A DNA stretch of 63,786 nt, counting the filler, from Thermodesulfobacteriota bacterium (lineage in GTDB: Bacteria; DASVDK01), in assembly GCA_036381125.1 (NCBI GenBank). It is 8 parts of 8 records of this genome, joined end to end, with 100 filler letters (N's around TTAATTAATTAA, not from the genome) between each part and the next. Parts side by side here need not be neighbours in the genome. Positions count along the whole stretch, not along the records: positions 11,503 to 26,422 come from DASVDK010000073.1; positions 26,523 to 34,367 come from DASVDK010000075.1; 6 more parts are not named here. One strand, given 5' to 3'. The notes beneath the pieces are model-generated. The model was not told the DNA's origin. It saw nothing but the letters and a program-made list of their open reading frames with translations, and made no database searches. The first letter of the stretch is position 1; the number at the start of each line of letters is the position of its first letter. This document shows positions 18,242 to 26,523 of the stretch, in pieces. Position numbers and translations under genes: made by a program.

Positions 18242-19630
18242 ATGACTCAGCGAGGGGTTCGAACGATCACCGAGCCGGCGCGCGAGCTGCCGGTACTGCT
18301 CGAGACGGACGTTGTCGTGGCGGGGGGCGGCACCACCGGTCCCGTGGCCGCCATCGCGGCCGCGCGCCTCGGCGTACGCACGGTCCTGGTCGAGCGGTTC
18401 GGCTCGCTCGGGGGGATCGTCACGCTCGGGCTCAACAGCAAGCCGTCGGGGCCGCTCACCGGCGGCCTGCCGCGGGAGATCTGGAACGTCGCCAGACAGC
18501 ACGGCGCGGCGGGGGAAGACTACACGGCGGTCCTCAAGAAGGGCTCGGTCAAGCTCACGTCCCCCTCGGACCCCGAGATGATGAAGATCCTCCTCGCGCG
18601 GATGTGCGCCGACGCCGGCGTGGAGATCCTCTTCGAGTGCGTCGCCGCCGCGCCGATCATGGACGGCCAGACCGTGAAGGGGGTCATCATCGAGGGCAAG
18701 GGCGGCCGGCAGGCGATCCTCTCGAAGGTCGTCATCGACTGCTCGGCCGACGCCGACCTCGCGGCCCAGGCGGGGGCGCCCTTCGTCGTCGGGGACGGGC
18801 ACGACGTCATGCAGCCGGTGACGATGTACTTCAAGATGGGCAACGTGGACCTGGAGCGCCTCGCGGAGTGGTCGCGGGCGCACCCGGAGCACGTCACCGA
18901 CCGCTTCATCTCCGAGACCGATACGGCCTACGGCCTCTGGCTCACCGGCTTCACGACGCTCCTCAAGGCGTTCCAGGCGCGGACGGGCATCACGCTGCAG
19001 CGCGAGAACATCACGCTCAAGACCGCCAACGGCGAGCTGTACGTGAACGCGACCCGCGTCATCGGCGCATCGGGCCTCTCGCCGATCGACATCAGCCGGT
19101 CGATCATGGAGTGCTACCGCCAGATCGAGGCGTACGCCCGGTTCCTCAAGGAGGACGTCCCGGGCTTCGAGCACGCGTACGTGAGCGGCATCTCGCCGAT
19201 CCTCGGCGTCCGCGAGACCCGGCACATCGTGGGCGAGTACACGCTCACCGAGAAGGACATCGTGAGCCGGACGCGCTTCGACGACTCGATCGCGGTCGAC
19301 GCCGCGATGCTCGACGTCCACGACCCCAAGGGCTCCGACGTGCGCCTCGGCGACCAGCTGTCCTACGAGATCCCCTATCGCTGCCTCGTGCCGCAGAAGG
19401 TGGAGCAGATCCTCGTCGCCGGCCGCTCGATCTCGGCCGACCACGCCGCGCACGCCCGGACCCGGAACATCCCGGCGTGCATGGCGACCGGGCAGGCGGC
19501 CGGGGTCGCCGCGGGGATCGCCATCAAGGAGGAGACCTCGGTCAGGCGGGTTCCCGTGCCCAGGGTGCAGCAGGCGCTGCGCGGGCTCGGGATGCCGATC
19601 AAGGTCGAGGAGTACACCGAGGTCGTCTAG
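18242..19630 (+). CDS. FAD-dependent oxidoreductase (FAD_oxidored-type family)
   Basis: DVVVAGGG, ERFGSLGG, IDCSADAD, GVRETR, IPYRCL.P, AGRSIS, GQAAG. Confidence 0.9.
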   Translation: MTQRGVRTITEPARELPVLLETDVVVAGGGTTGPVAAIAAARLGVRTVLVERFGSLGGIVTLGLNSKPSGPLTGGLPREIWNVARQHGAAGEDYTAVLKKGSVKLTSPSDPEMMKILLARMCADAGVEILFECVAAAPIMDGQTVKGVIIEGKGGRQAILSKVVIDCSADADLAAQAGAPFVVGDGHDVMQPVTMYFKMGNVDLERLAEWSRAHPEHVTDRFISETDTAYGLWLTGFTTLLKAFQARTGITLQRENITLKTANGELYVNATRVIGASGLSPIDISRSIMECYRQIEAYARFLKEDVPGFEHAYVSGISPILGVRETRHIVGEYTLTEKDIVSRTRFDDSIAVDAAMLDVHDPKGSDVRLGDQLSYEIPYRCLVPQKVEQILVAGRSISADHAAHARTRNIPACMATGQAAGVAAGIAIKEETSVRRVPVPRVQQALRGLGMPIKVEEYTEVV

Positions 19631-19789
19631 CGGCGCTCGCCGCCTCCGCCGGCGCGGCGTGCGCCGCGCCGGCGCCCACCGGAGTCGCCTCCCGGCGATC
19701 AGACGTTCGGCATGACCGCCGGGACGGCGGCCGGCCGCTTGCCGCAGGCGCGGCACGCGCCGGAACCCGAGCGAGGCGAAGGAACGGGG

Positions 19790-19895
19790 ACACGGCGCTC
19801 GACGCGGACGTGCCGACCGCCATGGGGCGCGACTGCATGAAGCCGATGGAGGCCATCGTGGCGGCGACGCGCGAGTCGGCGAAGCCCATGCGTCC
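19790..19895 (+). pseudogene. possible amidohydrolase gene remnant
   Basis: ALDADVPTAMGRDC-MKPMEAIVAATRESAKPM resembles the AGV.IAMGTD and M.PMEAI.AAT..AA motifs fused by a deletion. Confidence 0.4.
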
Positions 19896-19936
19896 GGCGC
19901 GACGACCTCGGCCTGGCGCCACGAGCCGGAGAGCGG

Positions 19937-20359
19937 CTACTCCCCGCCTGCAGCCGCCTTCACCGCCCCGGCGGCCTCCTGCGTGGTCCTCGCCGCCTCC
20001 TCGCGCGTGGCCGGCATCGCGCTGGTGAGCGCCCGCAGGCGGGCGACGCCGCCGCCGGCGGCGAGCCCGCCGATGCCGGCAAGCGCCGCCCCCACGACGG
20101 CCGCGGCCCCCCACCGGGGCATCCTGCGCGCCAGCGCCTCCGTGGCCGCCTGCGCGAGCGCCATGAGCGCGACCTGGGCGAGCAGGCCGCCGGCGAGCAC
20201 GCCGCCGACGCCCGGCACCGCCCGGCGGGCCGTGTCCGCCGCCTCCTCGCGAGCCAACGCGACCCGCCGCTCCAGCAGCGTCCGGACGTCATCGTACAGC
20301 TTCGCCAACAGTTCACCGACGGGCGGCTCCCCTTTCGCCCGGCTCGTTTCCGTCGTCAT
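19937..20359 (-). CDS. phage-holin-like/YhjD-type membrane protein
   Basis: VGELL..L.DDV.TL....V.LA.EE, two TM segments. Confidence 0.7.
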   Translation of the reverse strand: MTTETSRAKGEPPVGELLAKLYDDVRTLLERRVALAREEAADTARRAVPGVGGVLAGGLLAQVALMALAQAATEALARRMPRWGAAAVVGAALAGIGGLAAGGGVARLRALTSAMPATREEAARTTQEAAGAVKAAAGGE

Positions 20360-20515
20360 CCACGCCTCCTCGCGCGCCGTGGCGTGCAGGGGCGGGGCCC
20401 ACCGCGGGTGAGCCGCGCGAACGGGGAGTCCTCACCCCGCCCCGGCGTTCACCTTGCTCGCCTCTCCGCCGCCGAGCATCGGCCGGATCGACACCCCAAC
20501 CGAGGAGGATACGAG

Positions 20516-21217
20516 ATGGCGGACGACGCGGCGAAGACGCAGAACACCGAGCGCAGCGGGCAGGGGACGCAGGCGGCCGAAGGCGGTCAGGGGGCCGGAC
20601 AGCTCGCACCCCGCGGGGGCGGGCGCCTGGCCACCGGCATGCCGAGCCTGCTCGCACCCTGGCCGATCGGCACCGGGGTCCGGCGGCTCTTCGAGGACTT
20701 CGATCGGCTCTTCGAGGACATGCAGCGGAGCTTCTTCGGCCGGCCGCTCCTCGGGCAGTCGCTGCTCGAGGAGTGGACCGCTGCGCCGACGATGGGCGCG
20801 ATGGGCGCTTTCGGATGGACGCCGCGCATCGAGATGCGCGATACCGGCCGGGAGGTGGTCCTGGCCGCCGAGCTACCCGGCGTCGATCCGAAGGACGTCT
20901 CGGTCGAGTGCACGGAAGACGGCCTGACGATCCGCGGCGAGTCGCGTGCCGAGGAGACCTCGGAGGAGGGCGGGATCTACCGGAGCGAGCGGCGCTACGG
21001 GAGCTTCTACCGCCACATTCCACTGCCGCCCGAACTCGACCTCGACAAGGCCCAGGCGCAGTTCCAGAACGGCCTGCTCAAGATCCGCCTGCCGAAGACC
21101 GAGGCGGCGCAACAGCGGATCCGCCGCATCCCCATTCAGGCGGAGGCGGGGGCCGGCCAGACGTCACCCCCTGGCCAGGGCGGTCAGACGGGGGGCCGAG
21201 GCGGACGGGCCGCGTAG
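20516..21217 (+). CDS. Hsp20/alpha-crystallin small heat-shock protein
   Basis: AELPGV, SERRYGSFYR, A.FQNGLL; GGAGG RBS; possible sigma54 site CGGCGTT-N4-TTGCT at 20443-20458. Confidence 0.92.
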   Translation: MADDAAKTQNTERSGQGTQAAEGGQGAGQLAPRGGGRLATGMPSLLAPWPIGTGVRRLFEDFDRLFEDMQRSFFGRPLLGQSLLEEWTAAPTMGAMGAFGWTPRIEMRDTGREVVLAAELPGVDPKDVSVECTEDGLTIRGESRAEETSEEGGIYRSERRYGSFYRHIPLPPELDLDKAQAQFQNGLLKIRLPKTEAAQQRIRRIPIQAEAGAGQTSPPGQGGQTGGRGGRAA

Positions 21218-21624
21218 CGATCGGACCGACCGGCCGGTGGGCGCCGCGGCTCGCACGGCGCCCCCTCGCCGGCTCGGCCGGCAAGCCTCGAGCCGGCTGT
21301 CCAGGCGGCGACCAGCGCCGCCTCGGCCGCAGCGTCGAGCAGGTAGACCGGCGAGATCCGTCCTCGGGCCGCGTGGACCACGTCGATGGCCGCGAGGCCC
21401 GCGGCGCTTGCCGCCCCGAGGAACGCCACCTCCGGCCGCTCGGCGCCTCGCCGGCCGGCCAGGAGGAGCGTCCCGCCGATCGCCCCCACGAGGACGCCGA
21501 CCGTCTGCACCAGCCACCAATCGGTCTTCGGTCCCGTGACCGCCTCGAACGTCCGGCGGCTCACGAGCGGCCACAGGCCGGTTGCCGCGTAATAGACACC
21601 CTGCCAGGTGGCAAGACTTGCCAT
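21184..21624 (-). CDS. hypothetical membrane protein
   Basis: QGVYY..TG.WP....TFE.VTGPKTD.WLV.TVG, GRISPVYLLDA; hydrophobic. Confidence 0.7.
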   Translation of the reverse strand: MASLATWQGVYYAATGLWPLVSRRTFEAVTGPKTDWWLVQTVGVLVGAIGGTLLLAGRRGAERPEVAFLGAASAAGLAAIDVVHAARGRISPVYLLDAAAEAALVAAWTAGSRLAGRAGEGAPCEPRRPPAGRSDRYAARPPRPPV

Positions 21625-21785
21625 AGTGGATCAGACTGCGAAGGGTGGGCCGGGCCCCGGTACCGGCGGCGCGGCCGGGGGCGCCTCGCGCCAGGGGGAG
21701 CGGCAGGGCCGGCCGCAGAGGCCGCCGTCACGCCGAGCGGGCATGCCCCATGCGTCGAACGGACGAGACGGTTACGGGAGGGTCC

Positions 21786-22928
21786 ATGGTCACCATCGGG
21801 ATCTCGGGCTCGTACGGCGGGCTCAACCTCGGGGACGAGGCGATCCTGGCCTGCGCCATCGAGTCGCTCCGCCGGGAGATCCCCGACACCAAGATCGTCG
21901 TCTTCTCGAGGAACGCCAGGCACACCGAGGCCAACCACGCCGCCGACCGCGTCGTGCCGGTCCGGGAGATGACCCGCGCCGAGGTGGCCGCCGAGCTACG
22001 CCGGCTCGACCTGTTCCTCCTCGGCGGCGGCGGCATCCTCTACGACCGCGAGGCGCAGACGTACCTGCGCGAGCTGCAGGTCGCCCAGGAGCTCGACGTC
22101 CCGACCTGGACCTTCGCCATCAGCGCCGGGCCGCTCGAGACGCCCGAGGCGCGGCGAAGCGTGGCGGCGGCGCTGACCAAGGCCGACGGCATCACGGTGC
22201 GCGAGGGGCTGGCCAAGCGCCTCCTCGAGGAGATCGGCGTGAAGCCGGAGATCCAGGTCACGGCCGACCCGGCGCTCCTCCTGACGCCGGAGCCGTTCAC
22301 GGACGAGATGCTGGAGAAGGAGGGGATCCACAGCGAGCGGCACCTCGTCGGCGTCTCGGTGCGCGAGCCGGGGCCGGCGGCGCCCGATCTCGGCCAGCTC
22401 CGGTACCACGCCCTCATCGCGAACGCCGCGGACTTCATCGCCGACCGGCTCGACGCCGACCTGCTCTTCGTGCCGATGGAGCGGGGGGACATCCGGCACT
22501 CCCACGCCGTCATCGCCGAGATGGCCAACCCCGAGCGGGCATTCGTCCTCAGGGGCGACTACGGGCCGCGGCAGATCCTGGGGCTCATGGCGCACCTCGA
22601 CATGGCGGTGGGGATGCGGCTGCACTTCCTCATGTTCGCGGCGCTGGCGCGGATCCCCTTCGTGGCGCTCCCGTACGCCGGCAAGGTGGCCGGCTTCCTC
22701 CAGGACCTCGGGCTGCCGGCCCGCGTCCTCCAGGAGCAGCACGCGGGACCGCTCCTCGCCCTGATCGATCGATCGTGGGACCACCGCGCGAGCCTGCGCG
22801 AAGCGCTCGACCAGAACATGCCCAAACTCCAGGAGCGGGCGCGCGAGACGGCCAGGACCATCGCCCAGTTCCTCCAGACGCTGGCGGACGAGGAGTCCGG
22901 AGCGGTCGCGCCTGCGACGGTGGGGTAG
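21786..22928 (+). CDS. polysaccharide pyruvyl transferase family protein (CsaB-like)
   Basis: GSYGGLNLGDEAIL, GGGGIL, TVRE, TADPA, GMRLH. Confidence 0.88.
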   Translation: MVTIGISGSYGGLNLGDEAILACAIESLRREIPDTKIVVFSRNARHTEANHAADRVVPVREMTRAEVAAELRRLDLFLLGGGGILYDREAQTYLRELQVAQELDVPTWTFAISAGPLETPEARRSVAAALTKADGITVREGLAKRLLEEIGVKPEIQVTADPALLLTPEPFTDEMLEKEGIHSERHLVGVSVREPGPAAPDLGQLRYHALIANAADFIADRLDADLLFVPMERGDIRHSHAVIAEMANPERAFVLRGDYGPRQILGLMAHLDMAVGMRLHFLMFAALARIPFVALPYAGKVAGFLQDLGLPARVLQEQHAGPLLALIDRSWDHRASLREALDQNMPKLQERARETARTIAQFLQTLADEESGAVAPATVG

Positions 22929-22932
22929 CGCG

Positions 22933-24399
22933 ATGCCGCCGCTGCCGCCCCCGCGGGAGGCGCGGCGCATCGCCCTGCCGCCCCGCGACGCGCTCCTCGC
23001 CGCCGAGACCGACGTCCTCGTGGTCGGCGGCGGGCCCGCCGGGCTCGGCGCCGCGATCGCCGCCTCGGAGGCGGGCGCGCGTGTCGTCATGGCCGAGCGC
23101 TACGGCTTCCTCGGCGGCAACGCCACCGCCGCCCTCGTCATGCCGCTCACCTCGTTTCACGCGCACCGGTCGATCCGCCCCCAGGAGGGGAGCGTGAGCC
23201 TGCTGCCCACCGACCAGGGCCCCGGCGAGCCGGTCGTCTCGGGCGTGCTCCGGCGGCTCGTCGAGCGCCTGGCGGCCGAGGGCGGGGCCGATCGGCCGGC
23301 CGAGGCGACCGGCTTCGCCGTCCCCTTCGACCCCGAGGTCTTCAAGCTGGTCGCCATGGACCTCGTGGACGAGGCGCGGGTGCAGGTGCTCCTGCACGCC
23401 TTCGCCACCGACGTGGTCGGCCCTCCCGGACGTCCCGAGGGGGTCGTCTTCGCCACCAAGTCGGGGCCGGTGGTCGTCAGGGCCCGCGTCACGGTCGATT
23501 GCACCGGCGACGGCGACATCGCCGCCCTCGCGGGAGCGGACTTCGAGATCGGCAGAGACCTCGACGGGCTCGTGCAGCCGATGACCCTCTACTTCCGCAT
23601 GGCCGAGTTCGAGCGGTCGGCGTTCGCCGCCTACGTGAAAGCGCACCCGGGCGAGTGGCGCAGCGTGCACGGCCTGCGCGACCTGATCGACCGGGCGACG
23701 GCCGCCGGCGACCTCGACCTGCCGCGCGAGGACGTGCTCTTCTTCGCGACGCCGCACCCCCGAGAGGTCGCGGTGAACTGCACCCGCGTGACGGGGCTCG
23801 TCGGCACGAGCGTCTTCGACCTCACGCGGGCCGAGTGGGCCGCGCGCGGGCAGATGCGGCAGGTCCTGGCATTCCTCCGGAAGTACGTGCCGGGGTTCGA
23901 GCGGGCGTACAACATCCAGAGCGGGGCGCAGGTCGGCGTGCGCGAGACCCGTCGCGTCACCGGCGAGTACCGCCTGACCGCCGACGACATCCTCTCGGCG
24001 CGGAAGTTCGACGACGTGATCGCCCGCGGGGCCTACCCGGTGGACATCCACAATCCACTGGGGCCCGGGACCCTTCTGGAGCGCGTGCCGGCCGGCGACG
24101 CGTACGACATCCCGCTGCGCTGCCTCCTGCCCCAGCGGGTCGACGGGATCCTCGTGGCCGGCCGCTGCATTTCCGGGACGCACGAGGCGCACTCGTCCTA
24201 TCGCGTGATGCCGATCTCCATGGCGACCGGCCAGGCGGCCGGGGTCGCGGCGGCGCTGGCGGTGAGGGCGAACGTGCGGCCGCGCGACCTGCCGGCGCGG
24301 GTCGTCCAGCGAGAGCTGGTCAGGCAGGGGGCCGACGTGAGGGGCGTCACGGGGGAGGAGAGCCCCCGGGACGCGGCTCGCCCCGGGGGCCGGAGGTAA
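22933..24399 (+). CDS. FAD-dependent oxidoreductase (FAD_oxidored-type family)
   Basis: DVLVVGGGPAG, DCTGDGD, GVRETRR, IPLRCLLP, AGRCISG. Confidence 0.9.
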   Translation: MPPLPPPREARRIALPPRDALLAAETDVLVVGGGPAGLGAAIAASEAGARVVMAERYGFLGGNATAALVMPLTSFHAHRSIRPQEGSVSLLPTDQGPGEPVVSGVLRRLVERLAAEGGADRPAEATGFAVPFDPEVFKLVAMDLVDEARVQVLLHAFATDVVGPPGRPEGVVFATKSGPVVVRARVTVDCTGDGDIAALAGADFEIGRDLDGLVQPMTLYFRMAEFERSAFAAYVKAHPGEWRSVHGLRDLIDRATAAGDLDLPREDVLFFATPHPREVAVNCTRVTGLVGTSVFDLTRAEWAARGQMRQVLAFLRKYVPGFERAYNIQSGAQVGVRETRRVTGEYRLTADDILSARKFDDVIARGAYPVDIHNPLGPGTLLERVPAGDAYDIPLRCLLPQRVDGILVAGRCISGTHEAHSSYRVMPISMATGQAAGVAAALAVRANVRPRDLPARVVQRELVRQGADVRGVTGEESPRDAARPGGRR

Positions 24400-24403
24400 C
24401 GGG

Positions 24404-24652
24404 TCACCGGACGGCGGGTTTCGCCTCCGCGGTCCGGGTGGTGGTGTCGGCGCCCTTCTCGACCTCGGCGGTGGAGGCTTCGGCGGGCTTCGGCGCGGGC
24501 AGCGTCGTCGACGGCTGCACGGAGACCGTGGGCGCGGTCTCCTTGCTGGCGACCGTGTGCCCGTCGTAGCAGTCGGCCGCGGCGCGCCCCGCGGCCGCCA
24601 GGGTCGAGGCAGCCGCCAGGGCCGCCGCGACGACGAGGATTCTCTGGGTCAT
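24404..24652 (-). CDS. small secreted protein
   Basis: GAGGAGG RBS, signal peptide ending AAA, mature N-terminus DCYDGH followed by a Pro/Ala/Thr-rich tail. Confidence 0.65.
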   Translation of the reverse strand: MTQRILVVAAALAAASTLAAAGRAAADCYDGHTVASKETAPTVSVQPSTTLPAPKPAEASTAEVEKGADTTTRTAEAKPAVR

Positions 24653-24686
24653 CGGGACCTCCTCGGGTTGTGTGGAGCCGGCCGCT

Positions 24687-24980
24687 TCAGGCCGACGCCT
24701 TGTCGTACTGCTCCCGGTACTTCGCGTTCAGCGTCTCGATGCCGTCGATGTGCTTGATGGTACTCCAACAGGCCCGCGCTCTGCCACGCATTGCGTAGTA
24801 GAGCGTCTCCATGATCTCGTCCTCTGTGGCCCCGGCGTGCTTCGCACCTGCGAAGCGACCCGGCACTCAGGACGTGCAACCGGCGGCCGCCATGGCGGCC
24901 AGCGCCACGAGGGCCAACGTCTTGGGGTCGAGCGCCCCTTCCCGGTAGTAGATGCCGGCGAACTCCTTCATCCCGCCCAT
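24687..24980 (-). CDS. small CMD/AhpD-like selenoprotein, 97 aa, CTSU (Sec38)
   Basis: GGAGGTG RBS, ATG 24980; MGGMKEFAGIYYREGALDPKTLALVALAAMAAAGCTS-TGA-VPGRFAGAKHAGATEDEIMETLYYAMRGRARACWSTIKHIDGIETLNAKYREQYDKASA; in-frame TGA 24867-24869. Confidence 0.85.
24832..24863 (-). promoter_or_regulatory. putative bacterial SECIS element
   Basis: GCTTCGC-AGGT-GCGAAGC (24856-24839) on a CCGG/CCGG lower stem; loop 17 nt after UGA. Confidence 0.75.
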
Positions 24981-25180
24981 CGTCACCTCCGTGTGCTGGA
25001 TCGGGTGCGCCCATTGTAGCCGGCGGCGCGCGTGACGAGCCGGGGCGCGCCGTCACGGATTCGTGACGCGCTGCGGTGTGAAGCGCCGCACGGACGGGCC
25101 GATTCCCCACGCGCGGCGCGGCGTTCGAGCGCCAGCGCGGCGGAGCGGGCGGTGGTACGGATGGTGCGACCCGGCCGGCC

Positions 25181-26422
25181 GTGCTCACGCCAAGGCCCGC
25201 GCGCCGCCGCTCCGATCTCCGCACACGCCTCACGCAGCTCACCCTGGCCGGCATGGTCGACGCGCCGTTCGGCGCCCTCACGGGAGGGACGTTCGCGACG
25301 CTGCTCGCGCTCGCCCTCGGGGCGAGCCCCATGGCCGTCGGCCTCCTGGCGGCGCTCCCGTCGCTCGGCGCCTTCGTTCCGCTGGTCGCCGCGCCCTGGC
25401 TCCACCGCATACCGGCCCGGCGCACCGCACTCGTCGGCCTCGGCCTCGGGAGGGTTGCGTGGCTCGCGCCGCTGGCGCTCCTGGCGGCGCCGCCCGACTG
25501 GCCGCGGCCCTGGCTGTTCCTCGCCTCGGCCACGCTCGCGGCGTTCGCCAGCGCGGCGGGAGGCCTCGGCTGGCTCGCCTGGGTGGGCGACCTGGTCCCG
25601 GCGCGCCTCAGGGGCCGGTACTTCGGGCGTCGCGGGGTCGCGACCGGCGTCGCGGCCGTCGTCGCCGGTGCGGTGGCCGGGCCGCTGCTCGACGCACGCG
25701 TCGCCGCCTACCTGCCGGGAGGCGAGCGCGGGGGCTTCGCCCTCCTCATCCTCCTCGCGGTCGGCTTCGGCCTGGCCGGCGTGGCGGGCCTCGCGCGAGT
25801 CGAGGGGCCGGCGTCCGCGGCGCCACGAGAGGCCCCCAGCCTCCGCGGGGCGATCCGAACGGCCGCCCGCGGCAGCCTCGGGCGCTACGTCGCCTTCACG
25901 CTCGTCTGGCACCTGACGCTCAACGTGGGCGGCCCGTTCATCCCGGTGTTCCTCGTCGAGGACCTCCGCTACTCGCCGACGGCGGTGGCGCTGCTCGCCG
26001 CCGTGACGACCGCCGCGACGCTGCTGACGGCGCAGGCCTGGGGCCGCGTGGCCGACTCCGGGGGCAACCTGCGGGTGATGCGGCTGACGGGCCTCGCCGC
26101 GGCCACGTTGCCGGCCTGGTGGATCGCCATCGGCCAGGCGCCCTTCGTCGGTTTCGCCGCGGCCGCGCACGTCGCCTCGGGGGTCGCCTGGAGCGGGTTC
26201 AACCTGGCGGCCGCCAACCTGAGCCTCGCGCTGGCGCCGGCCGAGGCGCGGGCGCTCGCGCTCGCGGTCCTCGGCGCCGCGACCGGCCTCGGCGCGGCGG
26301 CGGGGCCGGTCATCGGCGGCCTGCTCCTCGACCTGCTCGGCCGCCACCCGGAGCTGTCGTTCGGCCTCGGGGCGTACGGCGCCGTCTTCGCCCTCTCGAC
26401 CGCCGGTCGCACGGCGGCCTTC
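25181..26422 (+). CDS. MFS transporter (truncated)
   Basis: multiple TM helices, WVGDLVP.RLRGRYFG, WGRVADS.G. Confidence 0.85.
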
Positions 26423-26523
26423 NNNNNNNNNNNNNNNNNNNNNNNNNNNNNNNNNNNNNNNNNNNNTTAATTAATTAANNNNNNNNNNNNNNNNNNNNNN
26501 NNNNNNNNNNNNNNNNNNNNNNG

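Noticed and set aside
19937-20359. Holin-like gene as evidence of a prophage
   Set aside because: No phage structural or lysis genes are nearby; this family is common in non-phage contexts.
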